DNA of 64,000 nucleotides, from positions 32,001-96,000 of IMG/VR virus record IMGVR_UViG_3300012979_000030; one strand, given 5' to 3'. The notes beneath the pieces were generated by a model. That model saw only the letters and a program-made list of their open reading frames with translations. It did not search any database and was not told the DNA's origin. Positions 18,765 through 29,388 of this stretch are shown here, piece after piece (positions within the stretch are counted from its first letter, which is position 1; every line of letters begins with the position of its first letter). The translations under genes and the position numbers were made by a program. This DNA is from a virus. Lineage: Duplodnaviria; Caudoviricetes.

Positions 18765-19691
18765 TTATTTGTTTAGAATGTTTTTAATTTCCACTAAACA
18801 CGCCATCAAATTCAAATCTTTAAATGCAACTGTTGGATGTTTATAAAGATATTCAGCAACCTTAACAATTATTTGTTCCCATTTATTTCTATCAACAGTA
18901 AATACATCTAATTTGTTATATATTATTTTATATATGTTCTCAATCTCATCCTCATTGAAACTTGTAGCAATAAGTTTTTGAACATCATTACAATGCTTTC
19001 TATTATGAACAAAATCTAAAATAGGTAGTAGTTTATCTAAGTTAGAAACTTCATATTCTTTTTTAAATTTACTTAATTCACCATTAATAACATTCTTATT
19101 AATATCATTAATACATTTTCGCAAATCAGGATATGATAACTTAATATATTCAACAACATCTTCCATAGAATATTTAATATTCTCTTTTGTAAGAATATTC
19201 ACAATTCTTGTTACAAATTGTTGTTGGTCAAGTTTTTGGAAACTATATGATTCACATCTTGAAAGAATTGCAGGTGTAACCTTATTAACATTATTAGTTG
19301 TGAAAATGAATCTACACCATAATGAATACTTTTCCAATACATACTTTAATGAATCTTGTGCTTGTGCTGATAATCTTTCAAATTCTTCAATAATAACAAC
19401 CTTAATTTTATCATCTAATGATGGAACAGAAGCATATTCAATGATTCTTCTAGTATCATCAATACCTGTTTTATCAGAACCATTGATAGTAATGTAGTCG
19501 CTGATGTTTAATTCATTTAGAATAACATTAATTGAAGATGATTTACCTGTTCCCGGAATCCCATATAATAAAATATGAGAATCAAATGAACCTTTTTCCT
19601 TCCATTGTTTTAACTTATCACCAAACTCTTTATTGGTAATAACTAAATCTTCAATTGTTTTTGGTCTATATTTTTCTGTCAATAATTCCAT
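18765..19691 (-). CDS. Sliding-clamp loader AAA+ subunit (T4 gp44/RFC-like)
   Basis: EKYRPKTI, GIPGTGKS, IIEEFERLS..AQDSL, FIFTTN, ILSRC, YPDLRKCIN. Confidence 0.92.
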   Translation of the reverse strand: MELLTEKYRPKTIEDLVITNKEFGDKLKQWKEKGSFDSHILLYGIPGTGKSSSINVILNELNISDYITINGSDKTGIDDTRRIIEYASVPSLDDKIKVVIIEEFERLSAQAQDSLKYVLEKYSLWCRFIFTTNNVNKVTPAILSRCESYSFQKLDQQQFVTRIVNILTKENIKYSMEDVVEYIKLSYPDLRKCINDINKNVINGELSKFKKEYEVSNLDKLLPILDFVHNRKHCNDVQKLIATSFNEDEIENIYKIIYNKLDVFTVDRNKWEQIIVKVAEYLYKHPTVAFKDLNLMACLVEIKNILNK

Positions 19692-19701
19692 AATATTTTC
19701 C

Positions 19702-19917
19702 TTATAAAACTTCATCTAATGATTGGCATTTAATACCCTTTGGGCAATTTTTAGCAATATAATCACAACCTTTTTCATTTGTAATAATAAAAACCGAACC
19801 ATTTTTATATGGATATACATTGCTAATTGTTTTAGCATAATTAACTGCTTTTTTAGAAAAAAATGCTTTGATTGAACCAAAATTTGTTTTTTCAAATGTG
19901 ATGTTGTATGTTGCCAT
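19702..19917 (-). CDS. Small hypothetical early protein
   Basis: AAGGA RBS; promoter immediately upstream. Confidence 0.6.
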   Translation of the reverse strand: MATYNITFEKTNFGSIKAFFSKKAVNYAKTISNVYPYKNGSVFIITNEKGCDYIAKNCPKGIKCQSLDEVL

Positions 19918-19944
19918 ATATTGTTCCTTTCTCTTGATATATTC

Positions 19945-19973
19945 TTTATATCATTTTTTGAAACCAATGTCAA
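19945..19973 (-). promoter_or_regulatory. Sigma70-type promoter
   Basis: TTGACA-N17(ending TGA)-TATAAA. Confidence 0.6.
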
Positions 19974-19976
19974 GCA

Positions 19977-20900
19977 CTATTTTAACCCTTTAAACAAATA
20001 TTTAATAACATTGGCATTCCATCCATTACCACAAGCATTATATCGGTTTCCATCACTAATGTCAATGGTTTTTCCATCTTTCAACCCATATTTGGTGTAA
20101 TTATCGGGTAATGACTGACACCGTTCATATTCTATTGGTAACATTTTTCTGTTTCTATCACCTTGTCTAACTTTTTTATGAGTATAACCCCCATTAACAC
20201 AAGTTAATGTATAACATTTACTATTTAAATTACTGACTCTTTTACCCATTTTAAAACAATTAATTTTTAATGTACAGATTGGGTTGGCATCTTCACCATG
20301 ATATTCATAATCATACTTATACCAATATTTGTTTGGAACATTTTCTTCTGGTTCAACAATATCCTTTAACAATTCTGTTGATTTTTCAATTGGTTGTCCA
20401 TCATTGGGAATATTTGTCCAAAACAATCTCTTTCTTCTTTGTGCCGAAAAATCAGCAGCATCTAACATTATTGGTTCAACACCCATGAGTTCAGTAATAA
20501 TGGTTTTATCAGATTCGGGCATACCATAATTGTTTTCTAATAAGAACTTAATATTAGGATTAACAGATTTTAAATGATTTAAGATTTCAACATATCTATA
20601 AAACAATCCAGATTTAGAACCCTTTAAACCTTCTCTTTCATTTTGTTGACCAACTCTAATAATAGAAAGGTCTGTACAAGGACTTCCACCAATTAATAAA
20701 TCAATTGATTTCCAATCAATATCCCAATCTCTCCAATTATTAACATCACCTAATTGAATTGTATTTGGATAATTATATTGTGTAATAACAATAGCTGATT
20801 CTTCAATCTCACTTGCATAATATGTTTCAACAGTTATGCCTAACTGATTTAAGCATAATTGTCCTGTTGAAATCCCATCAAATAAACTTAATACTTTCAT
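19977..20900 (-). CDS. C5-cytosine DNA methyltransferase
   Basis: LSLFDGI (motif I), GGSPC (IV), LLENN (VI), QRRKRLFW (VIII), CGNGW (X). Confidence 0.93.
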   Translation of the reverse strand: MKVLSLFDGISTGQLCLNQLGITVETYYASEIEESAIVITQYNYPNTIQLGDVNNWRDWDIDWKSIDLLIGGSPCTDLSIIRVGQQNEREGLKGSKSGLFYRYVEILNHLKSVNPNIKFLLENNYGMPESDKTIITELMGVEPIMLDAADFSAQRRKRLFWTNIPNDGQPIEKSTELLKDIVEPEENVPNKYWYKYDYEYHGEDANPICTLKINCFKMGKRVSNLNSKCYTLTCVNGGYTHKKVRQGDRNRKMLPIEYERCQSLPDNYTKYGLKDGKTIDISDGNRYNACGNGWNANVIKYLFKGLK

Positions 20901-22864
20901 TTTAATCCCTCAAAAATAAACTTAATAACCTCTGCTGTCCAACCATTACCAACACATTTAACTCTCTGTGTGTAACTAATTTCTTGTTTCTCACCATTTA
21001 AGATTCCATATTTAGTATAATTATCAGGTAATGTTTGTAATCTTTCTGATTCCAATGCTGTTGGTTTATAGAATTGTCCATCAGGATATTTAATATTAGT
21101 TGCACCAGAGTTAGCAATAGATTGAGAACATGTTAATGTTTTAGATTTTTGTTCCAATGTTTTAACAGAACCCCATGCTTTCTTAAATGATAATGTTCCC
21201 TCTTTTTTAGCATACATTTTATCTGTAATGTTAAACTCTACCTTATCTTCAATTGGTTCAACAATATCTTTTAATGTCAGATTCTTATCTTCTAACTCAC
21301 CACTAATTTCAATATTTGTCCAATACAATCTTTTTCTTCTTTGTGCTGAAACAATTGCTGAATCAATGAGAATTGGTTTTACACCTAATAAATCATTAAA
21401 TGTTTGTTCCCATTCTTTTTTCATAACAACATTTTCTAATAAGAACTTAACATTTGGATTAACAGATTTAATATGGTTTAAAATTTCCAAATATCTATAA
21501 AACAATCCTGATTCAGAACCTTCTAAACCTGTTCCATTCCCAGCATTACTTAAGTTTTGACAATTATGCACAACAACTCCATTGGCAGTATATGAATTAT
21601 CTTCTTCTACTTCCATATTATAAACAATTGTTTGTTTTTCTTCTGTTGTTATTGAAGTAATCTGTGACCATGAATAACTCATATCTTTGTCAAAAAACGA
21701 CCTATCTTGTGGATGGGTATGTGTTTTAAATCTAATTTGATATGTATTATGTTGATTTACTTCTCTACCTTCAATAATATATTTGGATGGTCTAATAGTA
21801 TATGTCATCCCAACAGGCACATTATACACTTCAGTAATTAATAACTTTAACTCATAGGCTAATTGCTTACTTATTGTTGTTATACTACAAAGACCATTTC
21901 TATTTTTTGGGTATGAACCATCAGCACTAATATATCCATCTAATAATGCTTTCTTTTTGTTTAATGGTAACCCCCATACATCTGGGTGAATACATTTATT
22001 AATAGCACCAATCCCACATTTAGAAAGATAATCAAGTAATTCCATGGAACAAATTCTAAATTTATATGTTGTTCTTTCTTCTAAATAATTATAATTATAT
22101 CCAAGGTTATCCATTATCTGTTTAATTTCATTAAATTCAGATTTACCACAACATAATATCACTTTATACATATGACTATTTTTTCTATTTTTTCTTTTTG
22201 TTTTTTGAATCCAACCATCTCCAATAAATCTTCCAACAAAATACCAAAAATCTTCACTATGGGTATCAGTATCAATGCCCAGATTTGTATTATAAGTAAC
22301 TCCTAAATAGTGTTTCGTTTTATCCAAATCTTTTGCTTCCACCCATTGTGGTTCTTTATAATAACGAACTTTGGATTTTTTCTTCCATCCTTCTTTTGTT
22401 TTCATACCTTTGTCTTCATATTGGTAATATTTTTCTCTAGCATAGAATGGATGATTTGATGTTGTCGTAATATTATCAAAACCCATCCCTTTGATATTAT
22501 ACACATTATCAACCAATTTACCACCAACATTCAATACTTTTCTGTATCTACTATTATGTGTTAATACCATATCACCAACTTTTATTTCTTCAATTGGTTT
22601 CATACCCTTATCCGTCATTACTAATGTACCAGCAACAAAACATGGACTCCCCCCAATAATCAAATCAATTGATGACCAATCAATATCCCAATCTTTCCAA
22701 TTATTAACATCACCCAACTGAATTGTATTTGGATAGTTATATTGAGTAATTGCAATAGCATACTTATCAATTTCTGATGCATAATATGTTTCTACATCAA
22801 TTTCCAATTCTTTAAGACAATACTGTCCTGTTGAAATACCATCAAATAAACTAATTACTTTCAT
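20897..22864 (-). CDS. C5-cytosine DNA methyltransferase with intein
   Basis: Paralogue of 19977..20900; GGSP|C split by an intein; ENV, QRRKRLYW, VGNGW. Confidence 0.93.
   Translation of the reverse strand: MKVISLFDGISTGQYCLKELEIDVETYYASEIDKYAIAITQYNYPNTIQLGDVNNWKDWDIDWSSIDLIIGGSPCFVAGTLVMTDKGMKPIEEIKVGDMVLTHNSRYRKVLNVGGKLVDNVYNIKGMGFDNITTTSNHPFYAREKYYQYEDKGMKTKEGWKKKSKVRYYKEPQWVEAKDLDKTKHYLGVTYNTNLGIDTDTHSEDFWYFVGRFIGDGWIQKTKRKNRKNSHMYKVILCCGKSEFNEIKQIMDNLGYNYNYLEERTTYKFRICSMELLDYLSKCGIGAINKCIHPDVWGLPLNKKKALLDGYISADGSYPKNRNGLCSITTISKQLAYELKLLITEVYNVPVGMTYTIRPSKYIIEGREVNQHNTYQIRFKTHTHPQDRSFFDKDMSYSWSQITSITTEEKQTIVYNMEVEEDNSYTANGVVVHNCQNLSNAGNGTGLEGSESGLFYRYLEILNHIKSVNPNVKFLLENVVMKKEWEQTFNDLLGVKPILIDSAIVSAQRRKRLYWTNIEISGELEDKNLTLKDIVEPIEDKVEFNITDKMYAKKEGTLSFKKAWGSVKTLEQKSKTLTCSQSIANSGATNIKYPDGQFYKPTALESERLQTLPDNYTKYGILNGEKQEISYTQRVKCVGNGWTAEVIKFIFEGLK
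21563..22642 (-). mobile_element. 360-aa intein with LAGLIDADG homing endonuclease
   Basis: Starts CFVAGTLV, block B TSNHPFY, GRFIGDG and DGYISADG motifs, ends VYNMEVEEDNSYTANGVVVHN followed by Cys. Confidence 0.95.
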
Positions 22865-22894
22865 TTATACTCCTAACCAACTTTTGTTATATTT

Positions 22895-24001
22895 TTAACC
22901 AAATAAGTTTTTAAAAATTGCTTCTAACACATTTACAACTATTGAATTACCTGCTTGTTTATATTTTTGACAATTGGACATATTTTTAACTTTATCTATT
23001 TGTTCATCTTTCCAACCCATCAATCTCCAACACTCTTTTGGTGTTAATTTTCTAATTCTCAATGGGTTATTAGATACAACAGTTTTTAATAAATGTGGTG
23101 TTGATGCATGAGTTCCAGCAGCTATTGTTCTGCATATACCATCTTGATGTTGAATTAAATCTTGTTGATGTTTAGCATTAGATGATACTTCAATTATTTT
23201 ATTTGTTTGTGGTTCAGCAATAGCACACACAGCACCATGATTTTCCTTAATAGTTGGTGCAATACCATTTATATCCATAACTCTACCGCATTCGTGTCCA
23301 GATGGTTTATAATTACCCAATACTTTTATTCTTGGTTCTAATATTTTTTCTTTAATATTTTTTTCAACATCTTTCATAATTGGTTTCATTTTTTCATTAT
23401 TTAAATAATATCTTTCATCAACTGATTCTTCTAAAATGTCTTTCAATCTTAATGTTAGTTCTTGTGGTTCAGGAAATACATATGGTTTATGATCTCCTAA
23501 AATAGATACACAAAATACTCTTTCTCTATTTTGTGGAATACCAAAATCTTTTGAATTAAGAACTTTCCAATAATTTGTATATCCCATTTCTTCTAACACT
23601 TTTAACCATTCTTCAAAAGATGGTAAGAATTTTTTACCAACAAGATTTTTTACATTCTCCATTAAAAGATACTTTGGTTTAACTTTTCTAAAAATCTTTT
23701 CACATTCCCATAATAAAGAACTTCTTGAACCAGAATCTTTTTCTAATCCTTTTTGAAGACCAGACAAAGAAATATCTTGGCAGGGGAATGAATAAGTAAT
23801 TAAATCCCATTGATTTTCATATAAATCATCTTCATTAATTTGACTTATATCACCAAGATTTTCTGTATCTCCATGCAATTGGTTATAAACATTTATTGCA
23901 TACTTATCAATATCACATTGTGTAGATGTATGCTCTATACCAATATTTTTTAATGCTTGTGTTTGAGAACCAATCCCACTAAATAGTTCTAATACTTTCA
24001 T
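22895..24001 (-). CDS. C5-cytosine DNA methyltransferase, possibly multispecific
   Basis: LFSGIG, YSFPCQD, MENV, PQNRERVF, RKLTPKECWRLMG, QAGNSIVV. Confidence 0.93.
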   Translation of the reverse strand: MKVLELFSGIGSQTQALKNIGIEHTSTQCDIDKYAINVYNQLHGDTENLGDISQINEDDLYENQWDLITYSFPCQDISLSGLQKGLEKDSGSRSSLLWECEKIFRKVKPKYLLMENVKNLVGKKFLPSFEEWLKVLEEMGYTNYWKVLNSKDFGIPQNRERVFCVSILGDHKPYVFPEPQELTLRLKDILEESVDERYYLNNEKMKPIMKDVEKNIKEKILEPRIKVLGNYKPSGHECGRVMDINGIAPTIKENHGAVCAIAEPQTNKIIEVSSNAKHQQDLIQHQDGICRTIAAGTHASTPHLLKTVVSNNPLRIRKLTPKECWRLMGWKDEQIDKVKNMSNCQKYKQAGNSIVVNVLEAIFKNLFG

Positions 24002-24066
24002 TTATACATACTCCATATCTTATACCACAATATTACTATATAATCCTCATAATATCAAGTATAATT

Positions 24067-24870
24067 TTAATAATTACAAATAAAAACTTCTACTGATTCT
24101 TCCACATTACTTTGTTTTTTTGCTTTATTATTAAAGGTTTCAATTCTATGCCAATTGAAATTCATAAGTTTTTTCAAATACTCATTAGCAACACCCTTAT
24201 GAATTGCCATATTAGATAATCCAAATTTTACACCATTTTTATCTAAATCCAAAATAAAGTTATAAAGTTTTTCTTCTAATTCTTTACTCCAATAACAATT
24301 ATATCCTGCTTCTGTAATAAGATATGGTGGATCAAGATATACAAAAGCATTATTTGGTATATACACAGTATTAAAACTTTGATTAGTGAACAATAATGAA
24401 TCAAATGTTTTCATTCTTTCTTGGTATAATCTAAGTTTTTCAACAGTATTATCATTGATACATCTTTTACCAAAAGTTTGATTAAACTTAAATTGTTTAT
24501 TAAATCTCATCATATTATTAGTACAAGATGAACACAATACAAAGAATTTATAAGGGTCAGGATTTTCATTATATTCTGCTCTTAACTTATTATAACCATC
24601 TTGGTCATCCTTTGATACAGAATATTCTTTACACTTTTCAAGGATTTCATCTAATGATTTAGTGTTCAATTCTTTATAAAATCCCATTAAATCTGTAATA
24701 ATATCATTAGCAATTATATGTTTAAATGATGAGTTCATAAAAACACTTCCACCACCACAAAATAAATCAACCAATGTATCACAATCTTTTGGGAAATGTG
24801 AATACAATTCTTCTAATTCAGGATACTTTGTTCCAGTATAATTAAATGGTGATTTAATATAATTATTCAT
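24067..24870 (-). CDS. Dam-like (D12 class) adenine methyltransferase
   Basis: SPFNYTGTK, DLFCGGGSV, RFNK..FN..FG, YLDPPY. Confidence 0.9.
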   Translation of the reverse strand: MNNYIKSPFNYTGTKYPELEELYSHFPKDCDTLVDLFCGGGSVFMNSSFKHIIANDIITDLMGFYKELNTKSLDEILEKCKEYSVSKDDQDGYNKLRAEYNENPDPYKFFVLCSSCTNNMMRFNKQFKFNQTFGKRCINDNTVEKLRLYQERMKTFDSLLFTNQSFNTVYIPNNAFVYLDPPYLITEAGYNCYWSKELEEKLYNFILDLDKNGVKFGLSNMAIHKGVANEYLKKLMNFNWHRIETFNNKAKKQSNVEESVEVFICNY

Positions 24871-25672
24871 TTATTCTATCCTCTGCTATGTTAAAATAAT
24901 TTGTATCTAATTCAATACCTATGAAATTTCTATTTAATTTTTTGCATGCTACACCTGTTGTTCCTGAACCCATTGTGAAATCCAATACAGTATCTCCCTC
25001 GTTAGTATAAGTTTTAATGAGATATTCCATAAGAGCTATAGGTTTTTGTGTTGGGTGTAGATTTGTATTGATTTCTTTGTTAATTTTTAAAACAGATTTA
25101 GGATAACGATAACCATCATCTGCATTTCTAATTCGCTTTAAATCTATTCCAATCAATTCTTTGTTTGTGGTAGGATTGTTAATAGTTTTTCTTCTATCAA
25201 CCTTACCATATCTATCATAATCTTTAGTTTCAAATACTTCTTTTAATTGTTTTTTATCCATATTTTCTATTTCAGAAAATTCCAAAACTTTATATTTTTG
25301 TGGATTATATTTATGAGTACCATTTGAAAAGACTGATATTAACTCGTGATATTTAAGAGGAGCATTTTTTGCACCCATAAAATTAGCTGCCTTTTGTTTT
25401 TCCCAAACCCAATCATACTTGAAATTCTTAATATTAGAACATCTTAATATACTACTAAATGGTTCACTACCAAACAAACAAATAACACCATTGTCTTTAA
25501 TTAGTTTATTACAACAATCCCACATCTCATCAAAAGGAATAACACTATCCCACTTACAAGCAGTTGTTCCATATGGTGGGTCAGTAATTATGGCATCAAC
25601 TTTTGTCCCACATTTAATTAGTTGTTCCATAATTTCTAAACAATCTCCGTTATATAAACTAATTTGACTCAT
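24863..25672 (-). CDS. N6A/N4C methyltransferase (beta class)
   Basis: TDPPY...HPTQKP...LDFTMGSGTTG. Confidence 0.92.
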   Translation of the reverse strand: MSQISLYNGDCLEIMEQLIKCGTKVDAIITDPPYGTTACKWDSVIPFDEMWDCCNKLIKDNGVICLFGSEPFSSILRCSNIKNFKYDWVWEKQKAANFMGAKNAPLKYHELISVFSNGTHKYNPQKYKVLEFSEIENMDKKQLKEVFETKDYDRYGKVDRRKTINNPTTNKELIGIDLKRIRNADDGYRYPKSVLKINKEINTNLHPTQKPIALMEYLIKTYTNEGDTVLDFTMGSGTTGVACKKLNRNFIGIELDTNYFNIAEDRINE

Positions 25673-26399
25673 TTATTCTCTCCTCTGCTATTTTAAAATA
25701 ATTTGTATCTAATTCAATACCAATAAATTTTCTATTACATCTCTTTGAAGCAATACCACAACTTCCTGCCCCCATACAATTATCTAAAACAACTTCTCCT
25801 TCATTAGTGTATGTTTTAATTAACCATTCTAAACATTCAACACTTTTTTCTGTTCTATGTTTAGCAATACTTGGATGTGGTTTTGGAAAAGTTAAAATAC
25901 TTGTTGGATATTTTTCTGTTGACCCTTTTCTCAAATCATCTGTTGCATCAAAATGTCCATAGTTCTGATTCTTTAATTCTTTTGTTTTATAAGCATTACC
26001 CTTTCCATGTAGTGGTTTCCCTTGTGTAAATTGTGGATTATATGTAGGCAACTTTTTATAAAATATTGCTATCTGTTCATGTTGCCTCAATGGCATTCTT
26101 TTAGCATTTAAAAAACCACTTGTCAATATTTTATTCCATACCAAATCATATCTAAATAATTTTCTGTTAGAATTTACTAAATCAACATAAAATAATCCTT
26201 GTCCAAATAAAGCAATACAACCATTGTCCTTAATAATTCTTTCATATTCTTTCCACAATGGTTCAAATGGAATTTTAACATCTGCCTTGTTTTGTGTCAA
26301 TTCATATGGCAAATCACAACAAATCATGTCAATTGATTTGTTTGGAATTGTTTTCATAATCTCTAAACAATCACCATTGTATAAATCAATTTGACTCAT
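25659..26399 (-). CDS. N6A/N4C methyltransferase (beta class, DLPY)
   Basis: CDLPY...HRTEK...LDNCMGAGSCG. Confidence 0.9.
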   Translation of the reverse strand: MSQIDLYNGDCLEIMKTIPNKSIDMICCDLPYELTQNKADVKIPFEPLWKEYERIIKDNGCIALFGQGLFYVDLVNSNRKLFRYDLVWNKILTSGFLNAKRMPLRQHEQIAIFYKKLPTYNPQFTQGKPLHGKGNAYKTKELKNQNYGHFDATDDLRKGSTEKYPTSILTFPKPHPSIAKHRTEKSVECLEWLIKTYTNEGEVVLDNCMGAGSCGIASKRCNRKFIGIELDTNYFKIAEERINESN

Positions 26400-26400
26400 T

Positions 26401-27240
26401 CTATTTAACCTTTATATATAAACTTTCTTTAACATTTACATCATTATTATTTCCAATAACTCTCCTAAATGATGAATTACCACTATTTAATAATATGTGT
26501 TTATTATATAATTCTTTTGGAACATTGTAAATATTATTTTCTTCACCAGCAATTCCATCAAAACTTAAAAAATAATCACTTTTACAATTTTTTAAATAAT
26601 CCCATAACTTATCATATTCAATTGTTCCATAATACATACCTTTTGTATTGGCATAAGGTGGGTCTAAATATAAAAAATCATTTTCAGATGGATTTATTGT
26701 ATCATATGATTGATTAATAAATTGAACATCATATTTGTTCAATAATTCTGACCATTTATCCAATATTGGTTTTAATCTTATGGGTTCTATTCCATTTCTT
26801 GTAACATGAAATGAATTATTAAATTCACCATTTTTATTATATCTTGGCATACCATTTGTTGTGGTTCTCATAATAAAGAAAAATAACAATGGGTCTTTTG
26901 TTTGATTGAATAATGTTCTTATATGATTAAAAAATTGTTTCTTTCTTTCTAAATCATTATCTTTATTCAATTCATTCCATAATTCTGTATATGATTCTAA
27001 AATAAGATTGGGATTACTTTTTATAAAATTAAAAGTATCTATTAATCCTTTATTTAAATCATTACAAACATAATGTTTAAATTTATTTGGACAATGATTT
27101 AAGATATAAAATAATACAGAACAACCACCACAAAATGATTCATAATATGTATCATAATTTTTATCAATCAATGATACAATCTGTTCTGCTTGACTTCTTT
27201 TTGAACCACTCCATTTAATTATTGGTTGTAATTTAGACAT
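26401..27240 (-). CDS. Dam-like (D12 class) adenine methyltransferase
   Basis: IKWSGSKR, ESFCGGCSV, RYNKNGEFN, YLDPPY. Confidence 0.9.
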   Translation of the reverse strand: MSKLQPIIKWSGSKRSQAEQIVSLIDKNYDTYYESFCGGCSVLFYILNHCPNKFKHYVCNDLNKGLIDTFNFIKSNPNLILESYTELWNELNKDNDLERKKQFFNHIRTLFNQTKDPLLFFFIMRTTTNGMPRYNKNGEFNNSFHVTRNGIEPIRLKPILDKWSELLNKYDVQFINQSYDTINPSENDFLYLDPPYANTKGMYYGTIEYDKLWDYLKNCKSDYFLSFDGIAGEENNIYNVPKELYNKHILLNSGNSSFRRVIGNNNDVNVKESLYIKVK

Positions 27241-27967
27241 TTATCCTCTCTCTTGCTATTTGAAACATTTCTTCATCAGATTCTATACCAATAAAATCAT
27301 ATCCCAATTCTTGACAAACCAATCCACAAGTACAACTTCCCATAAATGGGTCTAATACTGTTGAACCTTTTGGTACAAAATCATTCAAAATTCTTTTAAT
27401 CAATTCTGTTGGAAATCCTGCTTTAATGAATTTATTTCTTTCTCTTTTTATATCCCATATATTTGTTTCTGTTCCACGAGCAAAACCAAAATAATCAAAT
27501 GAACGATTATAAGGTTTAGAATTTTGGAATACAATTATGAATTCATATTGTGAATTAAGAACACCTTTTTGCATTGCTGGTTGACCATAACATTTATTCC
27601 AAATGATTATTTCCTTAATTTTTTCAGCATATTTACCCATTAATTGTAGCAAAGCAACTTTATTACCAGTAATCATTTGAATGTTATAAAACATTAAATC
27701 AGTTACTTGTAATGCTTTACTAATAAACTCATCTTGGAACTTAAAATATTCTTCCATTGGTAAATCATCTCTATACTTATCATATTTTGTAGAAAAAGCA
27801 CCAACATTACCTTTCCAACCCCATCTGGACATATATTTACCAGTATGGATTCTTAAATTCATATTATATGGTGGAGATGTGATAATGACATCAACTTTTT
27901 TATTTTGGTCTATCATTTGTTGGAGAATTTCCAAACAATCTCCATTATATAAATCAATTTGACTCAT
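27233..27967 (-). CDS. Probable N4-cytosine methyltransferase (beta class, SPPY)
   Basis: Start 27967 MSQIDLYNGDC; ITSPPY...FP..L...LDPFMGS. Confidence 0.9.
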   Translation of the reverse strand: MSQIDLYNGDCLEILQQMIDQNKKVDVIITSPPYNMNLRIHTGKYMSRWGWKGNVGAFSTKYDKYRDDLPMEEYFKFQDEFISKALQVTDLMFYNIQMITGNKVALLQLMGKYAEKIKEIIIWNKCYGQPAMQKGVLNSQYEFIIVFQNSKPYNRSFDYFGFARGTETNIWDIKRERNKFIKAGFPTELIKRILNDFVPKGSTVLDPFMGSCTCGLVCQELGYDFIGIESDEEMFQIARERINV

Positions 27968-28667
27968 TCTCATATTCCTTTGTAATTCTTTCAACTGCCA
28001 TATTAAAAAATTCTTCATTCTTCTCAATACCTATAAATTGTCTATTTGTTTTAATGCAAGCAACTCCTGTTGTTCCAGAACCCATATATGGGTCTAAAAC
28101 TATATCACCTTCATCACTTCCTATTGGAATCATATTTAAGCAAGGTTCTAACGGTTTTAATGCAGGATGATTCCATTCTTTAACACCACCAATAGAATAA
28201 TGATAATCAGTTCTTTTTTGATGATATGTTCCAGTTAATGTTCTACCTTTCCACAAATGAACACAATAATCTTTGTCTTGATACTTACCTCTTACATTTG
28301 GTAAAGCATTATTTCTATAAAGACAGACATCTTGCCAATTCCATTTATTATCTTTTGCCATAATTAAATAATCAATGAATTGTTTTTTAGAACACCATAT
28401 TTGATAATTAATTGCTTTACATACTCTTTTAAATTCTGGGAACATTACATCAACATCAAAACCATCTGATATATCAGCATTTACAATACCATCATAAAAT
28501 TTTCTTCCACCTTTACTTTCCATAAATGAACCAATATTACCCGAACTATGAATAATATATGGTGGGTCAGTATGAATTAATGTAATAGAATTATCTTCTA
28601 ATTCTTTTATCACTTCTTGACAATCACCATTTATTAGTAAGCAATTTCCAATCTTAATTGTTTTCAT
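27954..28667 (-). CDS. N6A/N4C methyltransferase (beta class)
   Basis: TDPPY...HPALKP...LDPYMGSGTTG. Confidence 0.92.
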   Translation of the reverse strand: MKTIKIGNCLLINGDCQEVIKELEDNSITLIHTDPPYIIHSSGNIGSFMESKGGRKFYDGIVNADISDGFDVDVMFPEFKRVCKAINYQIWCSKKQFIDYLIMAKDNKWNWQDVCLYRNNALPNVRGKYQDKDYCVHLWKGRTLTGTYHQKRTDYHYSIGGVKEWNHPALKPLEPCLNMIPIGSDEGDIVLDPYMGSGTTGVACIKTNRQFIGIEKNEEFFNMAVERITKEYENESN

Positions 28668-29388
28668 TGATTCGTTCCTCTGCTAATTTAAAATAATTTT
28701 CATCTAATTCGATTCCAATAAAATTTCTATTAGTTCTTTTACAAGCATCACCAGTAGTTCCTGAACCCATACAAAAATCTAAAACTGTATCTCCTTCATT
28801 GGTAATCATTTCAATACATCTTTCCATAAGTTTAATTGGTTTTTGTGTTGGATGATTTACTTTTTCTTTACTATTATGTGGTAATGCAGGAATATCAGAC
28901 CATACATCAGATAAAGAAATTCCATCTTTTAAATAACCAGTTGTATATTCAGGTCTTTTACTATCAACTTTTATTTTAATATTATTAAATGTAAAATTCT
29001 TTTCATCTTTTGTATAATAACAAATTGGTTCATAACCAGAAGCAAGTGCTTTACCTCTTGTGTTATTAAAAGCTCTTTTCCTTGACCATATTATAATTCT
29101 TTTTTCATAAAATGTTTTATCTAACTCATTACAAATTTTTCTATTATTTTGTCTGCCAGTAAAAATTAAGACAGAACCAGTTTCTTTTAGCATTTGAAAG
29201 CATTTATTAAAACAACTATTACACCAACCAATATAATCACTTATATCACACCATTGGTTATCCCATTTATTATCAACTATTTGAAAATATGGAATATCTG
29301 TGATAATAGCATCAACTTTAACACCTTTATCAATAAGTTGTTGCATTACTTCTAAACAATCACCATTGTATAAATTAATTTGACTCAT
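28654..29388 (-). CDS. N6A/N4C methyltransferase (beta class, DIPY)
   Basis: TDIPY...HPTQKP...LDFCMGSGTTG. Confidence 0.9.
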   Translation of the reverse strand: MSQINLYNGDCLEVMQQLIDKGVKVDAIITDIPYFQIVDNKWDNQWCDISDYIGWCNSCFNKCFQMLKETGSVLIFTGRQNNRKICNELDKTFYEKRIIIWSRKRAFNNTRGKALASGYEPICYYTKDEKNFTFNNIKIKVDSKRPEYTTGYLKDGISLSDVWSDIPALPHNSKEKVNHPTQKPIKLMERCIEMITNEGDTVLDFCMGSGTTGDACKRTNRNFIGIELDENYFKLAEERINENN

